The notes under the pieces were generated by a model. That model saw only the letters and a list, made by a program, of their open reading frames with translations, searched no databases and was not told the DNA's origin. From a virus (taxonomy: Duplodnaviria; Caudoviricetes): a stretch of 48,054 nucleotides of DNA. The first letter of the stretch is position 1, and every line of letters begins with the position of its first letter. Shown one piece after another: positions 17,347-27,285 of this stretch. Both the position numbers and the translations under genes were made by a program. Location of the stretch: the IMG/VR virus record IMGVR_UViG_3300031953_000029, positions 1-48,054 of that record; one strand, 5' to 3'.

Positions 17347-19377
17347 ATGGCATTACCTGCAGACTACGTTTCTGGAACGATCACCCTAACCGCTGGCTCT
17401 ACGGCGTTCACTGGAACCGGAACGGGGTGGATCGCCGCCGATTTCCGCCAGGGAGACCTTATCCTCGATGTTCTAGGTGGGGGCAACCGGGTCGCGGTGG
17501 TCGCTGCGGTTACGGGGAACGGAGCGGGTACGCTCACCAAGCCATGGGAGGGGCCGACTCTTGCGAACGTAGCGTACCGTCTACGATACCAGTGGGACAG
17601 TGGGCGCGTGAGCGCTCAGACCCGCACTTTGATCGAGCAGCTGGGCAATGGGAACCTCCAGTCCCTTGCTGCAATAACGGGTGCAGCCGGTAACGTGGTG
17701 GTCTTTAATGGTCCTGGTGCCATCGGTATTGAGCCACGGACAAACTTCATTAATGGTGTGGCCTACGACGTTCAGGTGAATACTCTTGCGGACCGTGCGG
17801 CATATAACGGGCAGTCTGCGGGCTTTACTGTTCTCGTGTCAAACGTGGGCGACGGTCGCTCCGCCGTCTATAGCAAGGCTAGTAACGCCTCGGGTGATTG
17901 GACGAACGCGGCGTACGTAACTGGCCCAACTGGGCCAGCAAGTACCGTCCCCGGCATTGTATGGCGCGGAACTTACGCTGCAGGCACTACCTATGCGATT
18001 AACGAGGGTGTAACGCTAAACGGGTCATCTTTTCGCAAGCTGACCACAGCTGCAGCGGGCACATCACCTTCAACGGCGGTTCCTCCAGTAAATACAACTG
18101 ATTGGGAAGTGCTTGCGGCACGAGGTGTCAACGGCACAATTACAGGCGTTACACCTTTCTGGAATACTCGGATCACCGGAGATACTGATGCAATCCAAGC
18201 TCGTGCGGGTCTCGATACCCCCAAACGTCCAGCATCTCCATCCGCCAATACCGTTGCGACGGTAGATGCAAATGGCGATCTCTTAGCAACTCCGATTGTT
18301 GCGTCCCCTGGCGGCAATCTGTCTGGTATCAACGCTCTCAACATGAACCCCACCACTTCTAGTGGCTTTGGGATGACGAATAGTGTTGCCACAAGTGCCG
18401 CATTCGCAAGGTATCAGAACGATGTCGGCAATGGCTTTGAATTCGGTTCTCACGGGTCGGCATACACAGCAGGAACGCGGTTTGGCGTAGGCGCAGGAAA
18501 TGCGTCATTTGCATCCAACAATCTTCTCGCAATGGGGACGATTGGCAACGCCGCGCTCCAGTTTTTCACCAACAACTCCTATAGCGGTTCTTTTCTTGGC
18601 AATGGCTATTTTGTCGTTGGCCTAAATAATAGTGCTTTTGCAGTTGTTGGTGCAGGCGTCATCATCGGCCCTGACGGGACGCTGACTAGCAAAAAAGTCG
18701 GAACAGGAAGTCAGGCGCATGTTACTTTTGGTAACAACGCCGCCGTTACTCCGACACAAGTGGGCGCCATTACCACTAGCGGTTCTGCAACAGCATATCT
18801 GACCTCGTCAGACTACCGTCTCAAGTTTGATGTGGCGCCACTTGTCACATTCGAGCTTTCGGCTGATCAGTTTGACGGATTGCCTGACAACCTGCTGCGC
18901 GTCATGGCCCTCAACCCCGTTAGCCACGGCTGGCTGGTTGATCCGGATGGGCCGCGCACCCACGGACTTATTGCCCACGAAGCACAAATCGTCGTATCGG
19001 ATGCGGTTACGGGCGAAAAAGACGCTACCATTGATGTTGGGTGTGCCGTTATTCCAGCCCGGATCATTCCGGCGTCTGTAATTCCCGGCGCTATTTCAGT
19101 TCAGGCGGACGTTGAGCTTGGCATTGAGGAACAACGCGAACCTGATATCTTAGTCCCTGAGCAGATCATTCCTGAACAGGTTTTAGACGGCCTCACTGAA
19201 AGCGAATGCCCTGAAGGCGCTACATGGACTAAAACGGGTGAGCGTATCCTACCCCAAGGTATCGACACATCATTTATCGTTGCGGATTTGATCGCCGCTG
19301 TTCAAGAGCTGACACTAATGGTGCTTTCACAGAAAGAACGAATTGCAGAACTAGAGGTATACCACAATGAACCGTAA
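17347..19377 (+). CDS. Tail fibre/receptor-binding protein with C-terminal intramolecular chaperone (peptidase S74-like)
   Basis: Y..GT.....S...TG.GT.W N-terminus; Gly/Asn/Ser-rich body; SSDYRLK, GLIAHE and LIAAVQEL chaperone motifs. Confidence 0.85.
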   Translation: MALPADYVSGTITLTAGSTAFTGTGTGWIAADFRQGDLILDVLGGGNRVAVVAAVTGNGAGTLTKPWEGPTLANVAYRLRYQWDSGRVSAQTRTLIEQLGNGNLQSLAAITGAAGNVVVFNGPGAIGIEPRTNFINGVAYDVQVNTLADRAAYNGQSAGFTVLVSNVGDGRSAVYSKASNASGDWTNAAYVTGPTGPASTVPGIVWRGTYAAGTTYAINEGVTLNGSSFRKLTTAAAGTSPSTAVPPVNTTDWEVLAARGVNGTITGVTPFWNTRITGDTDAIQARAGLDTPKRPASPSANTVATVDANGDLLATPIVASPGGNLSGINALNMNPTTSSGFGMTNSVATSAAFARYQNDVGNGFEFGSHGSAYTAGTRFGVGAGNASFASNNLLAMGTIGNAALQFFTNNSYSGSFLGNGYFVVGLNNSAFAVVGAGVIIGPDGTLTSKKVGTGSQAHVTFGNNAAVTPTQVGAITTSGSATAYLTSSDYRLKFDVAPLVTFELSADQFDGLPDNLLRVMALNPVSHGWLVDPDGPRTHGLIAHEAQIVVSDAVTGEKDATIDVGCAVIPARIIPASVIPGAISVQADVELGIEEQREPDILVPEQIIPEQVLDGLTESECPEGATWTKTGERILPQGIDTSFIVADLIAAVQELTLMVLSQKERIAELEVYHNEP

Positions 19378-20119
19378 AACTTACTTTGCCACTCTCGGCA
19401 AACACACTCAGCAACAGGTAGATGGTCAGTCTGCTATCCTGGACGAAGCCGAGCGCCGTCGCGCCCCTCTAACCCTCTCGGCCTATGCGCTCGCAACGGC
19501 CCATCACGAGACGGGGGGCACCTTCGGGCCAGTCACTGAAAACCTGAACTACACGAGCGCCGCACGAATCAAGCAGGTCTGGCCCAAGCGATTCCGTACG
19601 CTCGCTAGCGCCGAGCCGTACGTCAAGAACCCGCAGGAGCTAGCCGAGAACGTATACGGGTTCCGCAAGGACCTCGGCAATAACCAGCCGCGTGATGGGT
19701 GGAAGTTCCGTGGGCGAGGTCTTGCCCAGATTACCGGGCGGGCCAACTACGCCAAATGGGGACTTGAAGCCACCCCCGACGACGCGCTCAAACTCACCGT
19801 TGCGGCCCGTATCCTGCTCGATGGGCTGGAGAAAGGCATGTTCACCGGTAAGAAGGTGGGTCAGTACGACAACTACAAGGACATGCGCGCAACGGTCAAT
19901 CCGGACAGCAATGGTGCTACCGTGGCCGTATACGCCGAGAAGTACGAACGGGCACTACGGGCCGCAGGATACGGTAAGGTGCCAGTGGGCGTACCGGAGG
20001 TCATCGGGGGCACAGCTGGCGCGGGTGCCGTAGCTGCCAATGGCGGACCGTGGTGGCTCGTTGTGGCAATAGTGGCCATCGCTATCTGCGTGGTCGTATA
20101 TCGGAGTTTCAAGAAATGA
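19367..20119 (+). CDS. Endolysin, GH19 chitinase-like, with C-terminal TM segment
   Basis: HETGG, ENLNY and RGRGLAQITGRANY motifs; hydrophobic C-terminus. Confidence 0.85.
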   Translation: MNRKTYFATLGKHTQQQVDGQSAILDEAERRRAPLTLSAYALATAHHETGGTFGPVTENLNYTSAARIKQVWPKRFRTLASAEPYVKNPQELAENVYGFRKDLGNNQPRDGWKFRGRGLAQITGRANYAKWGLEATPDDALKLTVAARILLDGLEKGMFTGKKVGQYDNYKDMRATVNPDSNGATVAVYAEKYERALRAAGYGKVPVGVPEVIGGTAGAGAVAANGGPWWLVVAIVAIAICVVVYRSFKK

Positions 20120-20412
20120 CTGACCTACTGATCCGCTGGCGCACTCTCATCCTGGGGTTTATACTCGCCGCAGCGTCCGTACTGCCCGCACTGCTCAATG
20201 CGCCTGAGATACTGGCCATTATTCCCGTTGAGTGGCGTCCGTATGTCGTAGCTGCTGGGTTCCTCGCCATGTATCTTACCCGCTGGCGTCCTGCCTCCCG
20301 CACGGCTGATCCCGAGGTACAAGTTGCCAAAGCTATCAGCGATACCCCCGGTCCGACTACGGTAGTTGTGGCCAACTCGGCGGGGGATACTCAAGCGGTG
20401 ATCCGTGCTTAG
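20116..20412 (+). CDS. Putative holin
   Basis: Two TM helices directly after endolysin. Confidence 0.6.
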   Translation: MTDLLIRWRTLILGFILAAASVLPALLNAPEILAIIPVEWRPYVVAAGFLAMYLTRWRPASRTADPEVQVAKAISDTPGPTTVVVANSAGDTQAVIRA

Positions 20413-20803
20413 CGCGGTTCTCGCATGGTTGGGAGGCGGTGCGATCAAGCAATTTACCGATCCTCTCGTGCGTGCGTTTGAGGCAAAGCAACTTGCAACT
20501 ACCAGTGAGGCCCGTCTGGCCGCAGAGCGTGATATTGCCGCTATATCCGCAGCGCGTGACATTGCCGTGACAGAAGCGGGGCGCGCTTGGTCCGCAACGT
20601 CCGTTGGGCGGTGGTTGATCGTGGTGCCGTGGGGCCTGTACTGGGCGTATGGGTGTATTATACAGATCATCAACCCGTTGACCGGCTGGGGACTTGTCCT
20701 TGTGGCACTTCCCCCCGGTTGGCCAGAAACGGCCCAAATACTGATCCCCGCTATAGTTCTCGCCGACGCGGGCGCACTTGCCATACGTGGCCGTCGCGGC
20801 TAG
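20405..20803 (+). CDS. Lysis-module membrane protein
   Basis: Hydrophobic segments; overlaps previous gene. Confidence 0.55.
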   Translation: MLSAVLAWLGGGAIKQFTDPLVRAFEAKQLATTSEARLAAERDIAAISAARDIAVTEAGRAWSATSVGRWLIVVPWGLYWAYGCIIQIINPLTGWGLVLVALPPGWPETAQILIPAIVLADAGALAIRGRRG

Positions 20804-20813
20804 TGTACGGGCC

Positions 20814-21164
20814 ATGCTCATTGAAACAACCCTAAACCTCCCCACCCTAATGACAATCATTGTAACGGTCGTGGGGGTGGTGACTTGGCTTGTCCGACTT
20901 GAGGGCCGCGTCGGAGCGGGTTCCAAAGACTTGTCAGACGCCGAGAAACGGATCGATGCGGTCCACGCGCTGACCTTACTCTCCCAAAACCAGCTTGCCG
21001 AGTATAAGACACACGTAGCGGAAACCTACGTCACCAAACAGGGCATGTCCGAACAAACCGACCGACTCATGAAGGCAGTCAATGACGTGGGTCAACGGGT
21101 CGAATCCATCGGTTCGCGCATTGACCACTTTTACGCGAACCCGCCCCGCCAAACAGGAGCCTAA
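20814..21164 (+). CDS. Membrane-anchored coiled-coil protein
   Basis: N-terminal TM, YK.HVAE.YVTK motif; TTGCCA-N17-TAGTGT promoter 7 nt upstream. Confidence 0.6.
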   Translation: MLIETTLNLPTLMTIIVTVVGVVTWLVRLEGRVGAGSKDLSDAEKRIDAVHALTLLSQNQLAEYKTHVAETYVTKQGMSEQTDRLMKAVNDVGQRVESIGSRIDHFYANPPRQTGA

Positions 21165-21166
21165 TC

Positions 21167-22334
21167 TTGCCAACACCACCTCTCGGACGCGACCTCGCAC
21201 AAGAGGCCGTAGACGCGCTTGCCTTGCATGGCTCCCAGATCGCCGCTGCTGCCGCGCTTGGTATCGCTCGTGGGACCATCCAGGGCCGCTTGGCCGCAGC
21301 GAGCCGATACGGGTTCAACCCGGTCCCCGAGGGGTTTGAGGTCTCCCAGATATCCCACGGACCCAACGGGGATTTCGTCAAGATGCGACCCGAGGGGCCA
21401 GCGACGGTCCTACCGGAGGGTTTGGTCCTCAAGGGCGCTTCGGTTCTATCGCGCGATGGGCGCGAGGTGGTCCGTTGGGACAAGTACGGTACGGACGGTC
21501 AGCTGTCCGATGGGGCGCTGGCTAAGGCCGTACGGGAAGCCATGGAGGATTGCCCGCTTACCTATGACTCCCACCCGCTATACCAGACCCGTTCGGACCT
21601 CCTGACCGTTATACCACTAGTCGATTGGCACGTTGGGCTATTAGCGTGGGAGGAGGAGACTGGCGGTAACTATGACTTGAACATTGCACAGGACACGCTA
21701 CGGCGCGCAATGACCGATCTGGTCGAGGCGACCCCGCCGTCCCAGCGGTGCGTTATTCTTGGCCTTGGAGACCTGCTCCATTTCGACGGGTACGAGGCCA
21801 AGACGGAGCGCAGCGGCAACGTACTGGATACGGACAGCCGCTACCCCAAGGTCCTACGGGCCGCACTGAAGCTAGTCAAATATACCATCGACCTCGCATT
21901 GACTCGCCACGAGCTTGTGGACGTTCGGATCACGACACTCGCGCCGCACTGGCCGTCGCTATCGCACTGGCCGAGGGGTACGAGAAACACCCGCGCGTGA
22001 CGGTCAATGACTCACCAGCGTACATCTGGTTCGAGCGCTACGGCAAGGTCCTTCTAGGTGCCACCCATGGCGACAAGGCCAAAATGTCCGATATGCCCTT
22101 GCTGATGGCCGTTGACCGTCCAGACGATTGGGCCGCATCGACACGCCGTCGGGTCTTTACGGGCCACATACACCCTGAGCGCCTACGGGAAGTTGGGGGC
22201 GTTGTGGTCGAGTCGCTGCGGTCGCCAAGGACGCGCGGCATAGCTTCGAGGGGTATCGTGCGGGCCGATCCGTGTACGCCTATACATTCTGGACCGATGG
22301 GACACGAATGGCCCGACACGAGTTTGAGATTTAA
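21167..22334 (+). pseudogene. HTH plus calcineurin-like metallophosphoesterase, doubly frameshifted
   Basis: DWHVG, GDLLH, [GN]HD, HGD and GHIH motifs split over three frames, with breaks near 21930 and 22226. Confidence 0.75.
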
Positions 22335-22531
22335 GCGGGCGGGTCAGGTGGACGACGTACCAAACTAGACAACAGTTCTTCAACCTGCCATCGCCGTTCG
22401 TCTGGGTCTAGCCGGGTTTCATGACCGCAAGCGTCACAACGTGTGTGACCCACGAGCGCATCCACCTGACTAGGTTGCCCCATTTCGGCGTCGCACTCTT
22501 CACAGTGCTTCCACAGCCAGCCCATTTGCAT
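22331..22531 (-). CDS. Small zinc-ribbon protein
   Basis: CEEC...CDAC; AAGGAG SD; promoter upstream. Confidence 0.6.
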   Translation of the reverse strand: MQMGWLWKHCEECDAEMGQPSQVDALVGHTRCDACGHETRLDPDERRWQVEELLSSLVRRPPDPPA

Positions 22532-22552
22532 CTCTCCTTGTTTCGTACTACC

Positions 22553-22581
22553 ATTATCGCACCCAATGACAGGAGTGTCAA
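22553..22581 (-). promoter_or_regulatory. Leftward promoter with operator
   Basis: TTGACA-N17-GATAAT; operator 22567-22580, whose spacer AGGAGT also serves as the SD of the + strand kinase gene. Confidence 0.7.
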
Positions 22582-22583
22582 GC

Positions 22584-23123
22584 ATGATTATCGGACTTCA
22601 GGGATACGCCGGATCGGGCAAGAGCACCGTAGCTCAATATTTGGTCGAACGGCACGGATTTGCCCGTCGGCATATTAAGGAACCTATTGCGGACATGACT
22701 TCCGTTCTGATCCAAGCGATCTACCCGGATATTGACGAGAAAGTGTACCTGTTTACGGATGGTGAGTATAAGCGCACCCCCATCCCCGAGCTTGGCAACC
22801 GGTCCGCAACGGAAATCCAACAGTTCCTTGGGACCGAGTTTGGCCGTGAGTTCATTGACCCGGACCTATGGCTCAATATCTGGCACCGATGGGCGATGGC
22901 ACAGCCGGGGCACGTGGTCCAGGAATCGGTCCGGTTTGCCAATGAGGCCGAACGGTGCGATGTGGTGTGGGAAATCCGGCGCGAGGGGTACGGCGCGCAC
23001 AATGGGCACGTATCGGAGGGGTTGCCGTGCGCGGAGCCTGTGATCCTGTGGAATAATGCGTCCGTTGAAGAGCTACACTTCACGGTTGATCTTGCACTTA
23101 GCGGAATGAAAATGGGGGCCTAG
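22584..23123 (+). CDS. Deoxynucleoside monophosphate kinase
   Basis: IIGLQGYAGSGKST P-loop; Q..GTE.GR, VRF.NE and H.SE motifs. Confidence 0.85.
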   Translation: MIIGLQGYAGSGKSTVAQYLVERHGFARRHIKEPIADMTSVLIQAIYPDIDEKVYLFTDGEYKRTPIPELGNRSATEIQQFLGTEFGREFIDPDLWLNIWHRWAMAQPGHVVQESVRFANEAERCDVVWEIRREGYGAHNGHVSEGLPCAEPVILWNNASVEELHFTVDLALSGMKMGA

Positions 23124-23286
23124 CGGCCCCCTCGTGGCTCCCTGACCCGTAGGCACCAAGTCGTTCGTTATTAAACCAAAGGATAGATAGGTCACAGTAG
23201 TTTCGTACGCATGTATAGGTCCCACGGTCGGTAATGGCAGTGAGGATTTCCAGAACCGGCTTTCTCGTCCACTCTAGCATTGTCAT
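23098..23286 (-). CDS. Hypothetical protein
   Basis: ATGA-coupled last gene of a minus-strand cassette. Confidence 0.45.
   Translation of the reverse strand: MTMLEWTRKPVLEILTAITDRGTYTCVRNYCDLSILWFNNERLGAYGSGSHEGAARPPFSFR
23109..23132. terminator. Hairpin between convergent genes
   Basis: GGGGGCC-tagc-GGCCCCC; same design as 38225-38242. Confidence 0.6.
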
Positions 23287-23468
23287 CGCTCTATCCACTC
23301 ACCGTTCTGGTCAATCTGCAAGCGCTGACCATCGAGAAATACTTTGTAACGATCCTTTGCGTAGTATGCACAATATCAAGCCACGACATATCTAATAGAC
23401 TCATATGATACGGATATTTCCATAGTCTTATCTGTAGCGTCTCTATTGGTGAAAGTCAGTCTGTGCAT
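23283..23468 (-). pseudogene. Small gene interrupted by in-frame TGA
   Basis: MHRLTF...YVVA*YCAYYAKDRYKVFLDG...; GGAGG SD; TGA at 23378-23376; frame continues to a coupled stop. Confidence 0.55.
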
Positions 23469-23545
23469 TGCTCATCCTCCACATTACCCACGCAAGCACC
23501 ATTGGGCTCGATACGGCCAGTACGATTAGAGCGGTCAGGTCGTGG

Positions 23546-23785
23546 TCAATTGGCATTTCGCACCGTCCACTTGTGGGGTTTGCGTGGTCCCTTTGGGTGC
23601 CCTACGTTCAGCCGATTGTGCAGAGCGGCCCATAGTGCCTTGCGGCGGCATACGTATCGCACCCGGTCGTCAAAATAGGCGTAGGGTGCCATGACTCGGT
23701 TTAGTTCAGTTAGTCCAAACACTTGTCCCGCTTGTTCGGTTAGCTCAGATAGCTTGCGCTGCGATACGTAACGTTTACGGCTCAC
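23546..23785 (-). CDS. Small basic hypothetical protein
   Basis: AAGGAG SD; downstream of promoter at 23841. Confidence 0.6.
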   Translation of the reverse strand: MSRKRYVSQRKLSELTEQAGQVFGLTELNRVMAPYAYFDDRVRYVCRRKALWAALHNRLNVGHPKGPRKPHKWTVRNAN

Positions 23786-23812
23786 TTCGGTTCTCCTTGG
23801 TTCAATACGGGC

Positions 23813-23841
23813 AGACTAACCCAAGCTGACTAGAGCGTCAA
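23813..23841 (-). promoter_or_regulatory. Leftward promoter with operator
   Basis: TTGACG-N17-TAGTCT; operator 23827-23840. Confidence 0.7.
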
Positions 23842-24332
23842 GCCCTTCCGTGGAACCGAGTGCTGCCATCCCCGTCCAGTGCGAACCGATACCAACAGCA
23901 ATTGTCCTTGCCGTCCATTGTGGACCCCTCGATCCACCGCAACCGACCAACACTGACAATATCGGTGCAATACGGCAGGTAGGGCGCGCTCTGCTTTGTG
24001 TGCGCCCAATCGGCGTCAAAGAGCAACCAGCACCCATCGGTCAGCCAGTGCTCGATAAGTGAGTGCAGTACTGTACGAGTCCAAGGCGGATTGGTGATCA
24101 CCAGCCCCAACGGCCCGAGACTGAGCGCGTCGATCCCCGTGGCCAGATCGGACATGTGGGTGCAAATATGGCCCGCGTCGGCCAGTTGTGCCACGAGGTG
24201 CCCTTCACCCGCGCACGGTTCGGCAAAGTGCGTTCCTGGGGCTAGGTGGGGCAGAAGGGCATGGACGGCGCGTGGGTCCCATGTCAAGTATGCATCTGCG
24301 GCACGTCGGGTGAAGTCTGAGCGTTTAGCCAT
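23838..24332 (-). CDS. Amino (N6-adenine/N4-cytosine) DNA methyltransferase
   Basis: EPCAGEG SAM-binding motif; ITNPPW catalytic motif. Confidence 0.8.
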   Translation of the reverse strand: MAKRSDFTRRAADAYLTWDPRAVHALLPHLAPGTHFAEPCAGEGHLVAQLADAGHICTHMSDLATGIDALSLGPLGLVITNPPWTRTVLHSLIEHWLTDGCWLLFDADWAHTKQSAPYLPYCTDIVSVGRLRWIEGSTMDGKDNCCWYRFALDGDGSTRFHGRA

Positions 24333-24654
24333 TAATAACCGGCACTCCTGCCTTAGTAGCAATCTCGACCATCATTCGCGTTCCGACCCCTCCGGGCATT
24401 GCCAGAACCATGTCGGGTTTGCCTTCGGTCAGCATTTGACTGTTGCGGATAAATCCTGCGCGCTTGCCATACTGGTCCCAATCTGCGGGGTATTCCTCCA
24501 GAGTGATCCCATGAGTTCGCGCGTAGGTTGCGGCCAATCGGTCCGCGCCCCGTGCTGCCCCGGCGATAATCACGGTCGGTTCTAGCCGCATGATCGCAAG
24601 GGCAAGCACCGCGTAATTGGTGAAGTCGCGCCCACCACACACAAGGAGCCTCAT
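24325..24654 (-). CDS. YspA/SLOG-family protein (DUF2493-like)
   Basis: VCGGRDF, G.ARGAD, ADW..YGK.AG..RN..M and GT..M motifs. Confidence 0.85.
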   Translation of the reverse strand: MRLLVCGGRDFTNYAVLALAIMRLEPTVIIAGAARGADRLAATYARTHGITLEEYPADWDQYGKRAGFIRNSQMLTEGKPDMVLAMPGGVGTRMMVEIATKAGVPVING

Positions 24655-26531
24655 TTTAGCGCATCCACCAATTTACGTGCCTCTTGGATGTAATAGCCGT
24701 ACTCCAATCGGTCCCAGTCGAAACCCTCGGCCCGATTACAGACCCCAACGGACCAACCCACGCTAATGCCAATCCGGCGCTCTGGTGCGTCCGGTCCATT
24801 CTTAGCAAGTGGCGGCATGATCTTGACCAGTGACGGGCCTTCCTTGGCGATAAAATAGCGGGTCGTGTTTTGCAGCACTTCCCCCTCGGTCGTTTCGAGC
24901 CGTGAGGAGCGTGGGACCTTGGCGCGCAGCATGAAATCAAACGGGTCGAAATGCAGTCGGATAATATCCTCTACCGGAACCCCACTGGTCAAATGGGACT
25001 CTACTGCACGTGGGACCACAAGCGCGCTCGGGTCTTGGTGCCAGTCCACCTGGTATTCAAATGCACCGATCCGCTTGACCTTACCGGACGTGCTGACGGC
25101 CAGATACGAGTTGACGTCTCGTATTGCCATGAACGAATACTCGGCCTCTTCAAGCTGCAAGCCCGTGACGCCTTCCCATTCGCGGCAAGCTGCACGGAAC
25201 TGCTCGACACCTGCACGTGGCACAAGGACCGAAATACCGTCGGTGTTAGCCTGGATCATTTCCAGTCCCTCGACCCGCATGGCACGCTCGGCCAGCATGG
25301 ATAACACCATCTGCCCATTGATCGTAATGGCCATGGTATATTGCGGGTCAAAGAATGGGCTATAGACGTTATTGCTGTCCCCATACACACCGTTAAGTGC
25401 TAACTTAAGCATCGCGTTCTCAGCGCTACCCTTGGGGTGTGACTTACGCTGCTCGTACAGTTCCCCATACACGTCGCAGAACCGCTCGGACAGATGGGCC
25501 GGGAATACCCGGTTGGCGATGGCGATATTCGGGTACATACTAGCCACGTCAACATCGAGGATAACGTGAGTTGCGGACGAGCGGACCACACGACCCTTGA
25601 CGGACCCGTGGATACCCCCGGTCCCATAATCAAACTGGAACCCATCGATCACGGCGGACAGGTCTTTCAGTTCCGGCGCGGCTTTCGTGTCGCGGATCGT
25701 TACGGTTCTCAGGTAATCTAGCACCCGTTGGAACTCGGGGCGCTCAAACTGCACGTAGGGGAACAGGATGTCTGCAACGGGAATACCGTCCTTGCGGTGC
25801 GTTTGGATCGCCTGCTTGCGTCCGCTCGAACGGTCAAAGCACGCCACACCCGCAGCCTCTAGCTGCATTGTGAAGTACTCTTTACCGATCTTCGTGTCGT
25901 TGAAGTTCGTGAAGTCCACACCGTACTTGGCGGTTAGTTCGGCTCGGAAGTCTACCATTGCCCGTGAGGCTCGGAAGAACTTCAGGGTCTCGCGTACGTC
26001 ATGGGCGTTGTAGGTCAGCACTTGATCGACCTGTTCGGATGTTAGGTGCGTACCCACGGCGAACGGCAAGTCCTCGACCGACTCGGACCGCATGGCAATT
26101 TCCAGGGCCTTGAGGCCAGTTGACTTGGCGCGGTTGTCGAAATGGTGAATTTTGTAGAGGTCCAGTTGCGGCACGATGCGGTCAGACGCCCACACCTGAT
26201 GCGCCCAGCGATCATCGTCCCCTTGGCTATCGATGATGGACTGTGCCTTGGCGTACGCTGCCGGTGCGGTTAACTGGCCTGTCTGGATACAATGGTGCAG
26301 GACGGGATAGTCGAACCCCTCTGAGTTGAATCCGACCATGACGGCCCGCTGGTCCCGCAGCCAGTAGATAAACTGGTACAGCTCCATTGCATCGTTGCGG
26401 CGATCACTCATCTCAAAGATGCGCGTCTCGCCGGTGTCGGCATGGATGAACACAGCGGAGAACAGGTTGGGGTAAATTTCAATGTCCCACCCCCAATACT
26501 GGACGGGCGGACGTGGGGGGCCGCTCACCAA
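24651..26531 (-). CDS. Family B DNA polymerase with 3'-5' exonuclease
   Basis: DIE and FN..FD exonuclease motifs; DVASMYP, KLALNGVYG and NTDG polymerase motifs. Confidence 0.9.
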   Translation of the reverse strand: MVSGPPRPPVQYWGWDIEIYPNLFSAVFIHADTGETRIFEMSDRRNDAMELYQFIYWLRDQRAVMVGFNSEGFDYPVLHHCIQTGQLTAPAAYAKAQSIIDSQGDDDRWAHQVWASDRIVPQLDLYKIHHFDNRAKSTGLKALEIAMRSESVEDLPFAVGTHLTSEQVDQVLTYNAHDVRETLKFFRASRAMVDFRAELTAKYGVDFTNFNDTKIGKEYFTMQLEAAGVACFDRSSGRKQAIQTHRKDGIPVADILFPYVQFERPEFQRVLDYLRTVTIRDTKAAPELKDLSAVIDGFQFDYGTGGIHGSVKGRVVRSSATHVILDVDVASMYPNIAIANRVFPAHLSERFCDVYGELYEQRKSHPKGSAENAMLKLALNGVYGDSNNVYSPFFDPQYTMAITINGQMVLSMLAERAMRVEGLEMIQANTDGISVLVPRAGVEQFRAACREWEGVTGLQLEEAEYSFMAIRDVNSYLAVSTSGKVKRIGAFEYQVDWHQDPSALVVPRAVESHLTSGVPVEDIIRLHFDPFDFMLRAKVPRSSRLETTEGEVLQNTTRYFIAKEGPSLVKIMPPLAKNGPDAPERRIGISVGWSVGVCNRAEGFDWDRLEYGYYIQEARKLVDALK

Positions 26532-26788
26532 AGGTCCTCTGAGTACAACTCACGACCATATTGAGGCTCAATCACTTGACCGGCCAGCACGGCAATTCGT
26601 GCAGCATCTTCCCGACCGACAAAACGACCAGTGCTGGTCACAAATCCCTGATTGGCCGGAATACCCTCAATGCCGCGCCCAGTTACTTGGTCAATGGCCC
26701 ATAGAATGTGATGGTGGCGGGCGGGGCGCGGCAACTGCCACACTTCTCCGTCTAGGATCACTGCGGCGCGTTCTATCGTTTCGTACAT
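26525..26788 (-). CDS. Hypothetical phage protein
   Basis: RH....QGF.TS.GRFV.R..A...LYSEDLW pattern; coupled operon. Confidence 0.7.
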   Translation of the reverse strand: MYETIERAAVILDGEVWQLPRPARHHHILWAIDQVTGRGIEGIPANQGFVTSTGRFVGREDAARIAVLAGQVIEPQYGRELYSEDLW

Positions 26789-27285
26789 TGTTCATACATC
26801 TCCATAAATTCCAACCGCGCGTACCACGGCTCCCAACCCGCCATCCGCATCTCGACCACCTCATGCCCCCGCGCCCATTCCGGGTCGCCCATGAGCACCT
26901 TGGCCTCACTGTGCAGCATGATCCGATCCGCCCGTTTGACCGACTCGGGCCAAGGGTACGTCACGCCCCACTTGTCTGCAATGACCCTTGCGAGCCTATC
27001 CTCCGCTTCGGCGTATCCGGGCAGCATAGCCTTGACGGGAGTGGCGATGTCGCACAGATACGCCTCGGTCGCATCGTGCAGCAACGCGGCCAGACGGTCC
27101 TCATGCGGCACCAGACGGGCCACACGGACGCTGTGCTCAGCGACGGAGTAGAAGGTCCGGGTATGGCCCGTAAACCGGCAAATGTGCGATAGGGCGTGGG
27201 CGATGTCTTGGATATTGAGGGTCGCGGGGTCGGGGTTGAACGGCGCTACCATCTGGCCGCTGTGGGTTTGGATGAGGCCGGTCAT
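26773..27285 (-). CDS. HD-domain phosphohydrolase (YfbR-like 5'-deoxynucleotidase)
   Basis: DIAHALS..CRF.GH...YSVAEHS and LLHDA.EAY..D motifs. Confidence 0.85.
   Translation of the reverse strand: MTGLIQTHSGQMVAPFNPDPATLNIQDIAHALSHICRFTGHTRTFYSVAEHSVRVARLVPHEDRLAALLHDATEAYLCDIATPVKAMLPGYAEAEDRLARVIADKWGVTYPWPESVKRADRIMLHSEAKVLMGDPEWARGHEVVEMRMAGWEPWYARLEFMEMYEQCTKR

Noticed and set aside
23376-23378. Genome-wide TGA recoding
   Set aside because: Many well-supported genes end in TGA with ATGA coupling; this is a single isolated case.
24651-27285. Z-genome (2-aminoadenine) pathway suggested by HD hydrolase next to polymerase
   Set aside because: No PurZ/adenylosuccinate-synthetase-like gene was found.
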